From assembly GCA_043732185.1 (NCBI GenBank), contig JAYTHY010000046.1:64001-128000 (forward strand): a stretch of 64,000 nt of DNA, in the 5' to 3' direction. Source of the DNA: Fibrobacteria bacterium. Lineage in GTDB: Bacteria; Fibrobacterota; Fibrobacteria; UBA11236. Of this stretch, positions 41,464 to 51,808 are shown one piece after another (the first letter of the stretch is position 1; each line of letters begins with the position of its first letter). The notes below the pieces were generated by a model that had not been told where the DNA came from, made no database searches, and saw only the letters and a program-made list of their open reading frames with translations. Both the position numbers and the translations under genes were made by a program.

Positions 41464-42105
41464 TCAAGCTTTAAACTTCAGGACTTCACTTGCCAGTAAA
41501 AGCGATACTGCTTGGGCACGATGGCTGAGTTCGTCTTTGACAGCATGGGACAGTTCGCCGAAGGTTTGATTAAAACCGGAGGGAATAAAAATGGAATCGT
41601 AACCGAATCCACCCTCTCCCCTTTCACTGTTTGCAATCTGACCTTCGCAAACCCCAGCGAAAAATATTGGCTTTTGTCCCGGCATAAGCCAGCAAAGTAT
41701 GCAGCGGAAACGCGCTGTCCGATTGAGGCAGCCCTCCAATGCCTTTAGAAGTTTTGCCCGGTTTGCCGAGGCTTGGGGCAAGGGTTGTCCACTTACGGAA
41801 TCGAATACAACTTCGGTTGCATAACGGGCGGAATAAACCCCTGGAACGCCGTCTAGTGCGTCGACTTCCAGCCCACTGTCGTCGGATAGGATGGGATAAG
41901 GAGTCCATGGAGCCAAGGCTTGCGCCTTGATCAGCGCGTTTTGCACAAACGTTGTGCCCGTCTCATCAACCTCATCGGTAAAACCGATTTCCTTGGGCGT
42001 CAATAACGTGTACCTTGCGGGAGCCAGCAAGGTCTGGAATTCCAGCACCTTACCGTGATTAGTGGTAGCTAGAACAAGAAAATTCGAAGATGCTTGCGGT
42101 ACCAT
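41464..42105 (-). CDS. rdgB: Non-canonical purine NTP pyrophosphatase RdgB/HAM1
   Basis: ATTNHGK, DDSGL, PGVYSARY, GFGYD, SHR; probable ATG 42105. Confidence 0.94.
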   Translation of the reverse strand: MVPQASSNFLVLATTNHGKVLEFQTLLAPARYTLLTPKEIGFTDEVDETGTTFVQNALIKAQALAPWTPYPILSDDSGLEVDALDGVPGVYSARYATEVVFDSVSGQPLPQASANRAKLLKALEGCLNRTARFRCILCWLMPGQKPIFFAGVCEGQIANSERGEGGFGYDSIFIPSGFNQTFGELSHAVKDELSHRAQAVSLLLASEVLKFKA

Positions 42106-42127
42106 GGTTAAGGAACGAGCCCCGCTT

Positions 42128-44671
42128 TTAACGCGGTTTGAGAACAAAGTTCACAAGTTTGTCCGGCACCACAACCACTTTTACCACATCCATATTTTCC
42201 AGAAATGCCTGAAACCGGGTATGCTCGCGGGCCATGGCTTCCAACGTAGGTCCGTCGGTGCCTTTGGGAACCGGTTGTTCAATGCGCTTTTTCCCATTGG
42301 TGGAAAAGACCACCGTGACGGTATCTTCGGCCAATAATTCCTGGCGATAAACGGGCCAGGGGGTAGTACTTAGGATTGCCTTTTGTCCCAAAGCCTCCCA
42401 AATCTCTTCAGCGATATGCGGAGCAAAGGGCGCCAGCAATAGCACCAAGGTTTCCGCAGCTGCGCGTGGAATGGATTCTGTCTTGCCCAATTCATCGGTC
42501 AAATCATTGGTGAAAATCATGAGCTGGGAGATGGCTGTATTGAAGCGGAGATTGTCGAGATCGTCCGTGACCTTTTTAATGGTTTGATGCATGCGCTTTA
42601 AAAGGAAAGCCAATGGCGCACTGTCGACAACTTTGACCTTAAACCGGTCGTCGCCGATAGTCAGCCTCCAGACTTTATTGAGAAAACGCCACAAACCTTC
42701 GATACCGGCGGTTTGCCATGGCTTCATGCGCTCCAGCGGCCCCATGAACATTTCGTACAGCCGCATGGAATCGGCGCCGTAGCGCTCCACCACTTCATCT
42801 GGATTGACCACATTGCCGCGAGACTTAGACATTTTTTCACCGTCTTCACCTAAGATCAGGCCTTGGTTCACCAATTTGGCAAACGGTTCTGGGGCGGAAA
42901 CATGGCCCAGATCAAATAGCACCTTATGCCAGAAGCGCGCATAGAGAAGATGGAGCACAGCATGTTCCGCACCACCGATGTATAAGTCGACGGGCATCCA
43001 ATATTTTTCCGCTTCACGGGAGAAGGGTTTCAAATCATTTTCCGGATCGAGATAACGGAGGAAATACCAACTCGAACCCGCCCATTGCGGCATGGTATTG
43101 AGTTCGCGGCGGCCAGCGGGGCCGGGGCCCTTATAATCCGACCACTCCTTGGCTTTAGCTAACGGCGGCTCAAAAGTGCCCGTGGGCTGATAATCGCTCA
43201 TGGCGGGAAGTAAGATAGGGAGTTCGGAATCGGAAACGGAAACGATGCCTTGCGCCGTATGCACCAGAGGGAATGGTTCTCCCCAATACCGCTGCCGGGA
43301 AAACAACCAGTCGCGTAGTTTGTATTGAACCCGGGCATTACCGATTTTTTTTTCTTCCAACCAAGCGATAGCCTTGGCTTTGGATGCCTCAACATCCAAA
43401 CCGTTCAAGAATTCCGAATTGATAAGAATGCCGTCGCCTACATACGCTTCTTTGGTGATATCCCCGCCCTGAATCACCTCAATGATAGGCAGTGAATACG
43501 CCTTAGCGAATGCAAAGTCGCGTTCATCGTGAGCGGGCACAGCCATGATAGCTCCGGTGCCATATCCCATCATCACATAGTCCGATGTCCAAATTGGAAT
43601 GCGCTTGCCATTGACGGGGTTGATGGCATATGCGCCCGTAAACACACCGGTTTTAACTTTATCCAAGCCGCGTTCCATTTCACTTTTAGAACTGGCCTTA
43701 AGCAAATACTCGGCAACTTCCGCCTTCTGAGAAGGATGCGTCATGGCGGCCAATTGCGGATGTTCCGGCGCAACAACCATATAAGTTGCCCCGAATAAGG
43801 TATCGGGCCGTGTGGTAAATACCACTAACGAGTCCAACCCATCCACCTTAAAATGGACTTCCGCGCCCACCGATTTTCCAATCCAATTGCGCTGCATGGC
43901 CTTGATGGAATCCGACCAATCCAATCCATCCAAATCCCGGATTAACCGATCGGCGTAGGCCGTGATGCGAAGCACCCATTGCCGCATGGGGCGGCGCACG
44001 CAGGGGAAATCGCCGCGTTCCGATTTGCCATCCTGGACTTCTTCATTGGCCAATACCGTTCCAAGTTCTTGACACCACCACACGGGCACCTCGGAGATAT
44101 ACGCCAATCGATGTTTGTCCCGATATTGGTTAATAGCCGCCTCACCCTGAACCTCTTTGGGAATGGGCAGCTCTACGATTGGGCGCGCCTTGTCGAGCGC
44201 AAAATCATAAAAGCTTTCGAAAAGCTGTTTAAAAATCCACTGCGTCCACTTTACATAACCAGGATCGGTGGTGCTGATTTCCCGATCCCAGTCATAGGAA
44301 AATCCCAGCGATCGGATTTGGCGACGGAAATTTTCGATATTGTTCTTGGTGGTCTCGGCCGGATGTGTCCCGGTTTTAATGGCGTGCTGCTCGGCCGGCA
44401 AACCAAAGGCGTCCCAGCCCATGGGATGCAGCACATTGTATCCCAGCGCTCGCTTATAACGGCAAATGATGTCCGTGGCGGTATAGCCTTCCGGATGCCC
44501 TACATGCAGGCCATTTGCGGAGGGATATGGAAACATATCCAAGCAATAAAATTTTGGCTTCAAGGCCCCTTGAGCATCCTTAGCCGAAATAGGTTCGGCC
44601 TTGAAAGTCTTATTTTTGAGCCAATGCTCTTGCCATTTGGGTTCGACGGATTTGGGCGTATACCTGGTCAA
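42128..44671 (-). CDS. leuS: Leucine-tRNA ligase
   Basis: MFPYPS..LHVGH, FTTRPDT and GTG..VPAHD editing motifs, KMSKS; probable TTG start 44671. Confidence 0.97.
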   Translation of the reverse strand: MTRYTPKSVEPKWQEHWLKNKTFKAEPISAKDAQGALKPKFYCLDMFPYPSANGLHVGHPEGYTATDIICRYKRALGYNVLHPMGWDAFGLPAEQHAIKTGTHPAETTKNNIENFRRQIRSLGFSYDWDREISTTDPGYVKWTQWIFKQLFESFYDFALDKARPIVELPIPKEVQGEAAINQYRDKHRLAYISEVPVWWCQELGTVLANEEVQDGKSERGDFPCVRRPMRQWVLRITAYADRLIRDLDGLDWSDSIKAMQRNWIGKSVGAEVHFKVDGLDSLVVFTTRPDTLFGATYMVVAPEHPQLAAMTHPSQKAEVAEYLLKASSKSEMERGLDKVKTGVFTGAYAINPVNGKRIPIWTSDYVMMGYGTGAIMAVPAHDERDFAFAKAYSLPIIEVIQGGDITKEAYVGDGILINSEFLNGLDVEASKAKAIAWLEEKKIGNARVQYKLRDWLFSRQRYWGEPFPLVHTAQGIVSVSDSELPILLPAMSDYQPTGTFEPPLAKAKEWSDYKGPGPAGRRELNTMPQWAGSSWYFLRYLDPENDLKPFSREAEKYWMPVDLYIGGAEHAVLHLLYARFWHKVLFDLGHVSAPEPFAKLVNQGLILGEDGEKMSKSRGNVVNPDEVVERYGADSMRLYEMFMGPLERMKPWQTAGIEGLWRFLNKVWRLTIGDDRFKVKVVDSAPLAFLLKRMHQTIKKVTDDLDNLRFNTAISQLMIFTNDLTDELGKTESIPRAAAETLVLLLAPFAPHIAEEIWEALGQKAILSTTPWPVYRQELLAEDTVTVVFSTNGKKRIEQPVPKGTDGPTLEAMAREHTRFQAFLENMDVVKVVVVPDKLVNFVLKPR

Positions 44672-44699
44672 TGTGCACCTGATTTGTTGGTTTTGTGGA

Positions 44700-44740
44700 A
44701 AGATAGCAAGGACGGAAGCAGTTGTGATTCTTGCTATTAT
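44700..44740. promoter_or_regulatory. Back-to-back extended -10 promoters for leuS and the AKR gene
   Basis: TGCTATTAT on + (44732-44740) and TGCTATCTT on - (44708-44700); CTTGCTAT inverted repeat. Confidence 0.55.
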
Positions 44741-44746
44741 TAACAC

Positions 44747-45727
44747 ATGAGATTCAGAAAATTGGGAAAAACCGGACTGCGCGTTTCCGAAATCGGCTTC
44801 GGGGCTTGGGCCATTGGGGAATCCTGGTGGGGCAAACAGGACGACAAGGACTCGCTAAAAGCGCTACATAAGGCCGCGGAGCTTGGCGCGAATTTTATCG
44901 ATACCGCCGCAGTCTATGGAGACGGCAAAAGCGAGAAACTCATCGCCCAGTTCCGAAAGGAATGGAAGGGTGAGCTGATACTCGCCACAAAATCTCCGGT
45001 GGATGGCGGTGACTGGCCCCCTTCCCCCTACTCGACCCCGGAGGTGGCATTTTCGGAAACATTTCTCCGAAAAAACATTGAAGAGCGGCTTCGAAATTTG
45101 GGAACGGATTGTATTGATATATTGCAACTGCACACCTGGACACGTGCCTGGAACCGGGATCCGAAACCTTTTGAGGTTTTGCGCAAGCTTCGCGAGGAAG
45201 GCAAGATCCGTTTTATTGGCGTTTCCACTCCGGAACACGATCAGAACAGTGTTGTGGATTTGATGCGAAACGGTTGGGTGGATACGGTTCAAGTCATTTA
45301 CAATTTATTCGAGCAAGAACCGGCAGCGGAAATTTTGCCTGTGGCCGCCGAGCACGGTGTGGGAATCATCGTCCGGGTTGCATTTGATGAGGGCGCGCTG
45401 ACTGGAAAATTCACACGGGAAACGGTATTTCCGCCGGGGGATTTCCGCGCAGATTATTTTCGGGGCGATCGCCTGGGTCGCACCGTGGATAGGGTTGAAC
45501 GCATTCGTCAAGATTTGGCTGGGACGGGTTTGAGCTTGGCGCAGGCCGCCCTGAAATTTGTGTTGGCGCATCCGGCCGTGAGCACCTTGATTTCCGGAAT
45601 TCGGAACGAGACGCAAGCTGCGGCCAATCTCGGCGCATCGGACCTACCGGATCTCAGTCCGGAAGTATTGGAAAAACTGCGGAAACACAATTGGCTGCGC
45701 GCCAACTGGCATGGCGACAATTGGTGA
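44747..45727 (+). CDS. Aldo/keto reductase
   Basis: [43 protein letters not shown]. Confidence 0.93.
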   Translation: MRFRKLGKTGLRVSEIGFGAWAIGESWWGKQDDKDSLKALHKAAELGANFIDTAAVYGDGKSEKLIAQFRKEWKGELILATKSPVDGGDWPPSPYSTPEVAFSETFLRKNIEERLRNLGTDCIDILQLHTWTRAWNRDPKPFEVLRKLREEGKIRFIGVSTPEHDQNSVVDLMRNGWVDTVQVIYNLFEQEPAAEILPVAAEHGVGIIVRVAFDEGALTGKFTRETVFPPGDFRADYFRGDRLGRTVDRVERIRQDLAGTGLSLAQAALKFVLAHPAVSTLISGIRNETQAAANLGASDLPDLSPEVLEKLRKHNWLRANWHGDNW

Positions 45728-45782
45728 ATCAGCCCGTTGGGTCAGGTCGGCAGGTCGACAGTGTAACAGATTTAATTGAGCG

Positions 45783-46526
45783 TCAATCGATAAAATGAAT
45801 GGGTGAATTGCGGTCTACACCGACCGCACTGCGCTCGTAAAAGGTAGCGAGCAACGCCTGCCTTTCCGATTCCGAGAGTCGAAAATTCTCGCGCCCATGA
45901 TCCTTGAGCCAGCGGTCTAGGTTGGCTACCAGCACGCCCGCGCAAACCGAAACGTTCATGCTTTCCGTCAGACCATATTGCGGAATACGAAAACGGATAT
46001 CGGCGGCGGCCAAGGTATCGGGGTGGTTACCCATGGTTTCGGAACCTAGATAAAATGCGGTGGGTTGGGACAAATCGATTTCGTCCAAAGTGGTTGAAGC
46101 GGAAGATGTGGAAGCCACGGCGATTTTATATCCCTTGGCTTTGAGATCGCCAAGGCAACGCACACGTTTGGAATAGCAATGAATATCCAACCATTTATAC
46201 GAACCCTTCAGCACCGATCGTCCCACTCGGTAAGGATTGACCTCGTTGATGACATGCACATCCTGAAAACCGAACACCTCGCAGGTTCGAATGACGGCGC
46301 TGATATTGTGCGGGTCTTTTAGGTCTTCCAAAACCATGGTGAAATGCCGGACCCGTTGGTCCACCACTTTTTGTAAAAGTTCTCGGCGGTGCGGGGTCAG
46401 CTTGTACCCGAATTTTTCGAGCAAAAGTTGCACCTGAATGGAATCGTCGAGATTGAGCGGATTCACACCGGAGGTGTTCAAGGGGTTCAATTCTGGTTGC
46501 TTCAATGGGTCTAGGGCCTCGTTCAA
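45783..46526 (-). CDS. trmH: SpoU/TrmH family RNA 2'-O-methyltransferase
   Basis: DPHNISAVIRTCE, GSETMG, IPQYGLTESMNVSV; start uncertain. Confidence 0.8.
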   Translation of the reverse strand: MNEALDPLKQPELNPLNTSGVNPLNLDDSIQVQLLLEKFGYKLTPHRRELLQKVVDQRVRHFTMVLEDLKDPHNISAVIRTCEVFGFQDVHVINEVNPYRVGRSVLKGSYKWLDIHCYSKRVRCLGDLKAKGYKIAVASTSSASTTLDEIDLSQPTAFYLGSETMGNHPDTLAAADIRFRIPQYGLTESMNVSVCAGVLVANLDRWLKDHGRENFRLSESERQALLATFYERSAVGVDRNSPIHFID

Positions 46527-46533
46527 AATAAGC

Positions 46534-47463
46534 TCATGGTAGTTTTAAAAACGCTTCGATTTTGAGTTTCTCTTCCGGCGTCCAGTCCTTGCTTTTAAGA
46601 ATATCACCGGGTCCTGCAACCGCCAATTTCTGGGCCGTCTTTGTAATATCATCGAGGACTTCTTTAATTTTGTTGAGCACAAGTTTTTTGAACAAGCCCA
46701 GGTTCATGATGCTGTTGATCATTCCATTCCCGGGGAAAACCAGTAACTTCATTTTATAGTGCAAATGTCCGGGCTGAGCCGGCACCGGCGCATAATTGAA
46801 ATCCATCAATGCGGGTCCCCGTAACGTCCACCAGGCCAATGTGGCAATGCCATAACCAAAGTAGAACAGGCGCCTTTCCTTGGCCGATCCAGAGATTAGT
46901 GTAGCATCTCCTTTGAGACGCTTGCCTTTGGTTCCCTCAAAATGATTGTGCGCTGCATCCACATAGACGGCCGTATACGGCTCTTTCTGAAAATAGCTGA
47001 CCAGGCGCGCTGCCAATGGCAAATCGGCCAAGAGGTAAGCCAGACGGGCCTCGCTGATGGGAATGTCCTCTTCCACGAGGTAAATAACCCGATATTCCAT
47101 TCCAAGAAATCGATACAATCGAAATCCAAGAACGGGATGGCCGGGATCGATGCCACGCGCATTGAGCAGCCTGGCTTCCAGACAACGCGTGCTGTCATAG
47201 GTGAATTTGGGCTTTGTAACTAAAGAACGGTCGGGACAAAAGCCTCTCGGCATGGGTAGACTGCAATTCCAAATCAAATTGCAATATTCCGTCTGGGCAT
47301 CAGAAATACGTGCCGGTTGGGGCGCTACAGCCTTTTGAGGCGCAACAACGGGCTTAGAATGGGCGCTATCATGCGTTGAAGGAGCTGCCCCCGCCGTTCC
47401 GACGACGCACAGGACCACTCCAAGAGCCATGGCCAGATATTTTCGGAACGGGACTACGATCAT
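46534..47463 (-). CDS. Exported hypothetical protein
   Basis: Signal peptide after ATG 47463, directly behind the fabF stop; four Cys in the N-terminal region. Confidence 0.65.
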   Translation of the reverse strand: MIVVPFRKYLAMALGVVLCVVGTAGAAPSTHDSAHSKPVVAPQKAVAPQPARISDAQTEYCNLIWNCSLPMPRGFCPDRSLVTKPKFTYDSTRCLEARLLNARGIDPGHPVLGFRLYRFLGMEYRVIYLVEEDIPISEARLAYLLADLPLAARLVSYFQKEPYTAVYVDAAHNHFEGTKGKRLKGDATLISGSAKERRLFYFGYGIATLAWWTLRGPALMDFNYAPVPAQPGHLHYKMKLLVFPGNGMINSIMNLGLFKKLVLNKIKEVLDDITKTAQKLAVAGPGDILKSKDWTPEEKLKIEAFLKLP

Positions 47464-47465
47464 CC

Positions 47466-48710
47466 TCAGGAAAACTTTTTGAAAATCAAACTCGCATTGT
47501 GTCCGCCGAATCCGAATGAGTTCGACAGCACTGTCTGAATGGGTCTTTCTATGGCCTGATTCGGAACGTAATTCAAATCGCAATCTGGATCTGATTCCTG
47601 CTGATTGATGGTAGGATGCACAATCCCTTTGACCAAGGCCATGATGAGCGCCACAGCCTCAACAGCGCCGGCAGCCCCCAAGGTATGGCCGATCATCGAT
47701 TTGGTGGAATGCACCAGTAATTTGTCTTTGGCATGATCGCCGAAGCAGCGTTTCATGGCCATGGTTTCACCCGCATCACCCAATGGTGTAGAGGTACCAT
47801 GGGCGTTAACCAGGTCGATGTCGCTGGGATTCATCCCCGCGGAAGCAAGGGTTTTTTTCATGGCCCGATAGGCGCCGGCTCCATCGGAGCAGGGTGCAGT
47901 AATATGATAGGCATCGCAACCTTGGCCATAACCTACGATTTCAGCATAAATCCGTGCGCCCCGTGCTTTGGCATGCGCCAATTCCTCCAGAACTAAAACA
48001 GCGGCACCCTCACTCATGACAAAGCCATCTCGACCTTTGTCGAAAGGACGTGAAGCCCCAGCCGGATCCTCATTGCGGGTTGACAGGGCCTTCATATTTC
48101 CGAACCCGGCGAAAACCATTTCGCTCATTGTGGATTCCGAACCACCCGCGAACATGATATCGGCCGCACCGCGCTTCACTATTTCATAGGCTTCACCCAT
48201 GCTATGGTTGGCACTGGCACAGGCGGAAATAACCGTGAAATTGGGGCCTTGCAAATTATTTTCAATGGCAAAATAAGCCGGTACTGTATTGGGTAATATC
48301 ATCGGGATAAAAAAAGGAGAAACCCGTTTGTGGCTTTTCTCTATCATCACGCGCGTTTCAGATTCAAATGTTGTTGCGCCGCCCATTCCCGTTCCTATAG
48401 AAACGCCGGCCATTTCCGGATCGAACTTTCCGGACTCCAAACCCGAGTCTCGCATGGCCTGCGTAGCGGCCACATGGGCATAGATGATGGCGCGATCCAG
48501 ACGACGGGCCATTTTCTGATCCTTGAACCAAGCCATATGGTCAAAGGCGGGAACCATGCCGCCGATTCTGGTGTTCATGGTGGCATTGTCAAAGCGATCC
48601 ACCACGCCGATTCCGGATTCACCTTTGGCCAGCCTATTCCAAAAGTCCTCGACAGTCAATGCCAGGCAATTGACTGTGCCCAATCCTGTAATAACGACTC
48701 TTCTGGTCAT
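47466..48710 (-). CDS. fabF: 3-oxoacyl-ACP synthase II
   Basis: RRVVITGLG, SACAS, NAHGTST, GHTLGAAG, NSFGFGGHN. Confidence 0.95.
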   Translation of the reverse strand: MTRRVVITGLGTVNCLALTVEDFWNRLAKGESGIGVVDRFDNATMNTRIGGMVPAFDHMAWFKDQKMARRLDRAIIYAHVAATQAMRDSGLESGKFDPEMAGVSIGTGMGGATTFESETRVMIEKSHKRVSPFFIPMILPNTVPAYFAIENNLQGPNFTVISACASANHSMGEAYEIVKRGAADIMFAGGSESTMSEMVFAGFGNMKALSTRNEDPAGASRPFDKGRDGFVMSEGAAVLVLEELAHAKARGARIYAEIVGYGQGCDAYHITAPCSDGAGAYRAMKKTLASAGMNPSDIDLVNAHGTSTPLGDAGETMAMKRCFGDHAKDKLLVHSTKSMIGHTLGAAGAVEAVALIMALVKGIVHPTINQQESDPDCDLNYVPNQAIERPIQTVLSNSFGFGGHNASLIFKKFS

Positions 48711-48722
48711 GATTTGTCCTTC

Positions 48723-50228
48723 TTACTTGCGCGCTTCGATTTCATCCAGGGACAGGAATTGTACCGGTCCAAATCCAGACAAAGAAATACCCCGTTCATC
48801 TTTTTTCATCAAGGCCTCCTTCGGCCCCACTACCACAATACGCATCGAATCGGCGATGAAATATTTCCTGAAAGCGGTTACAACGTCCTCTTTGGTGAGC
48901 TTGTTGATGGTATCAACATATTCTTTAAAGTGCTCCGGGCTGCGCTTCCAGATTTCACCTTGTGCGAAAATCCTGGCGGTGGCAAAAGGTGTGTCAAACA
49001 TAGACGGGAGGCTTTTGATCAAGCCGTCTTTGGCCCGTTGCAGTTCCACATCCGTTACCCCATCCTTGGCCATCCTACGCATTTCTTCCAATACGAGCTG
49101 GATAGCATACGCGCCCGTTTCCACCTTGGTTTGTAAAGAAACACCCACCGGTGCCCGACGGTAATAATCGCTGCCCACGTCCGAGTCCACACCGTAAGCC
49201 AATCCTTCATTGGAGCGCACCTTTTCCATTAGGCGCGAGGTAAACCCACCATCCCCGAAAATGTAACTGGCCACGACCAGTGGGTAGTAATCAGGATTCG
49301 GCCTTTGCACACCCGGTGCTCCCATTTTGATAGTTGCCTGAGTCACGGGCTTATCGACCACATACACGCCGGGTTTTTTCATTCCCACGTAAGGAGGAAT
49401 GGAATCGACACCGGATTTGTATTTGGCGGGAAACTTGGCAATCAGCTGATTGAGCTTGGCGATCATGTCCGCACGATCGAATTGGCCAGCAACGCTGATG
49501 ACCATATTTTCCACGGAAAAACCTGCCCCCGCCCAAGCCTTAACTTTAGCGGGAGTCAAGGCGTCCACTTCTTTTTCAGTAGCCATCCAATTGGTAGGAT
49601 GACTGCCAAACATCACATGCTCAAAAGCCACGCCCATAACTCCTTTTGGGGTATCATAGCGGTGACGGATATTTTCCAAATAAGTGCGCTTCTGCACCTT
49701 AAAGGCTTCCGCATCAATACGCGGTTGCAAGGCCACCTCTGGGAGCAAATCAAAAAGCGCGTAGGCATCTTTGCGCAGCGCATCCAAACCCAAGGTCGAT
49801 TGCATGTCAGACATTCCCGCAGACACACTGGCAGCGACGAATTCCAAGCTATCTTCAAGCTGTTCGGGAGTAAAGCGAATTGAGCCTCCCGTTTTGAGCA
49901 GTGAAGAATACAGGTTCAAAGAGGCAACTTCATCTGGACGTTTTGGCAAGTTGGGATGACCAAAGAAAATGGCCATTTGAATCAAGGCCAACGTAGTATC
50001 GGGAACCAAATAAGCCGTTACGCCTCTATCGAGAACAACTCGAAAGTCCTTGGGATACGGAGCCGTGTAAGTGAAATCCGGAAAAACGATTTTGGAATAA
50101 TGACCGGGAATGGCTCCGGTTCTTGAAACATCTTTAGCTAAAATTGGCCCGGCCGCTAGCCCTGACAAGACCATGGCAATACCAAGTTTGGAAAGCGTAT
50201 TTCGTAAACCAGCGTGAGCAAAAATCAT
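48723..50228 (-). CDS. M16 peptidase, non-catalytic partner subunit
   Basis: M16 fold motifs (SRLMEKVRSNEGLAY) without HxxEH; signal peptide. Confidence 0.88.
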   Translation of the reverse strand: MIFAHAGLRNTLSKLGIAMVLSGLAAGPILAKDVSRTGAIPGHYSKIVFPDFTYTAPYPKDFRVVLDRGVTAYLVPDTTLALIQMAIFFGHPNLPKRPDEVASLNLYSSLLKTGGSIRFTPEQLEDSLEFVAASVSAGMSDMQSTLGLDALRKDAYALFDLLPEVALQPRIDAEAFKVQKRTYLENIRHRYDTPKGVMGVAFEHVMFGSHPTNWMATEKEVDALTPAKVKAWAGAGFSVENMVISVAGQFDRADMIAKLNQLIAKFPAKYKSGVDSIPPYVGMKKPGVYVVDKPVTQATIKMGAPGVQRPNPDYYPLVVASYIFGDGGFTSRLMEKVRSNEGLAYGVDSDVGSDYYRRAPVGVSLQTKVETGAYAIQLVLEEMRRMAKDGVTDVELQRAKDGLIKSLPSMFDTPFATARIFAQGEIWKRSPEHFKEYVDTINKLTKEDVVTAFRKYFIADSMRIVVVGPKEALMKKDERGISLSGFGPVQFLSLDEIEARK

Positions 50229-51808
50229 GGTTGCCCCTTTCCAGCAGCGGAAGAGTGTGCCGCCGCGGATTTACCCGCATCCTCCGGGAGTATCAAGCCC
50301 GTGGTGGAATTCTTGAGTTGGAAATACTTTTGGCAGACAGCTTGCACCTGATCCGCCGTCACCTTTTGAACCGATTCCGGAAAGCGATTAATATAATCCC
50401 ATCCCCCTCGCATTTCCCAAAATGCCAATTCTGTGGCCAATTCTTCCATATCCAAAAGCTGCCGTTGCTGGCGGGCTACCACTTGGTTTTTGGCCCGGGT
50501 CAACTCCCGTTCCGAAATGGGTTTCTCTCCCAATTCTTTTAGCACTTGCCATACTGCTTTTTCAATTTGATCGAGCTGAGGCTTGCCGTCCAAATCCACA
50601 CTCACGTCGAAGTTGGACGTGTACTTGTCCAATCCATTTCCAGCCCCGGCCGAAAGAGCGATTTTCAATTCCTTAACCAACTTGCGATACAGGCGACCGC
50701 TTTTTCCCGAAAGCACGCCTTCCACAATATCGAGCGCGTACAAGTCTTTACTTGGAAATCCGGGAGTATGGAAAAGAATATCCATGCGAGGTTTTGCTTC
50801 TGATTTGTGAACCACCATGCGCTTCTCGCCTGGCTGGGTGGGCTCCTCGACAACCACGGGAGGAAACTCCGACCCACGCGGGATGCTGGAGAAATATTTC
50901 TTGATGCCAGCTAGAGCCCAAGTTGTATCGATGTCACCGGCCAGCACGAGAATGGCATTATTGGGTTTGTAATATTTCCGATAATGCTCGTCCGCCATTT
51001 CCCGAGTGAGATTGCGGATATTGGACGGATAGCCGATGGTGGGCAAACGGAAGGGGTGGGCTTCATAAAAAACCGCCATCAAACTTTCCCAGTACCGGCC
51101 AGTAGGGCTGTCATCGGTGCGCATGCGGCGCTCCTCCATGACCACGTCCCGTTCCGAATAGAACTCACGCAGGACGGCATTTTGCATCCTATCCGACTCC
51201 AGCCACAGGAACAAATCCACTTTGTTTTTGGGCAAGGTGACAAAGTAAGCGGTCATCAAATCCGAAGTGAAGGCGTTGAGTCCGCTGCCACCGGCTCGTT
51301 CATAAGCATCCCATAGCTCTTCCTTGATCATGAGCTTGCGCTCGTCCGCAATCAATGTGTCATATGATTTTTTCAGCGTCTGAATTTTGAGGCTGTCACC
51401 GGGTCCCAGCAAGCGAATTTGCGCCATCACGGCATCGATGCGTTTTATGAATTGGGCATCCTTAACCGGATCTTTGACGCCAACCTTTTTAGTGCCTTTG
51501 AATAGCATATGCTCCAGCAAATGCGCGATGCCGTTGTTCTCCATGTTTTCATGCACCGAGCCCGTTACATAGAAGATACGGCAGGCTACCGTCGGCGCCT
51601 GTTTGCTCGGAATCAGCATGACTTTAAGTCCATTGTCCAAAACGGTAAAATGGGCATCGATTTTGGCGGATACGGGTTGGGCTAGGAAAGGTAAGGCGAG
51701 GAAACTAAGGCATACCGTAAACGCAAACGAAAACGGAATCCCCAACGACAACTTCAACGAAAACGGTCGGAGCGCATTCTTCGCAAGGGCAATTTTACTG
51801 GACATCAT
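50225..51808 (-). CDS. M16 zinc peptidase, catalytic subunit
   Basis: GIAHLLEHMLFKGT, NAFTS, ERDVVMEER, YYKPNNA; ATG 51808 overlaps the XPB stop. Confidence 0.92.
   Translation of the reverse strand: MMSSKIALAKNALRPFSLKLSLGIPFSFAFTVCLSFLALPFLAQPVSAKIDAHFTVLDNGLKVMLIPSKQAPTVACRIFYVTGSVHENMENNGIAHLLEHMLFKGTKKVGVKDPVKDAQFIKRIDAVMAQIRLLGPGDSLKIQTLKKSYDTLIADERKLMIKEELWDAYERAGGSGLNAFTSDLMTAYFVTLPKNKVDLFLWLESDRMQNAVLREFYSERDVVMEERRMRTDDSPTGRYWESLMAVFYEAHPFRLPTIGYPSNIRNLTREMADEHYRKYYKPNNAILVLAGDIDTTWALAGIKKYFSSIPRGSEFPPVVVEEPTQPGEKRMVVHKSEAKPRMDILFHTPGFPSKDLYALDIVEGVLSGKSGRLYRKLVKELKIALSAGAGNGLDKYTSNFDVSVDLDGKPQLDQIEKAVWQVLKELGEKPISERELTRAKNQVVARQQRQLLDMEELATELAFWEMRGGWDYINRFPESVQKVTADQVQAVCQKYFQLKNSTTGLILPEDAGKSAAAHSSAAGKGQP

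Noticed and set aside
43979..44743. 254-aa ORF antisense to leuS
   Set aside because: Shadow ORF of a conserved gene with no recognisable motifs
48330..49164. 268-aa and 213-aa + strand ORFs opposite fabF and the M16 gene
   Set aside because: Antisense shadows of well-supported genes
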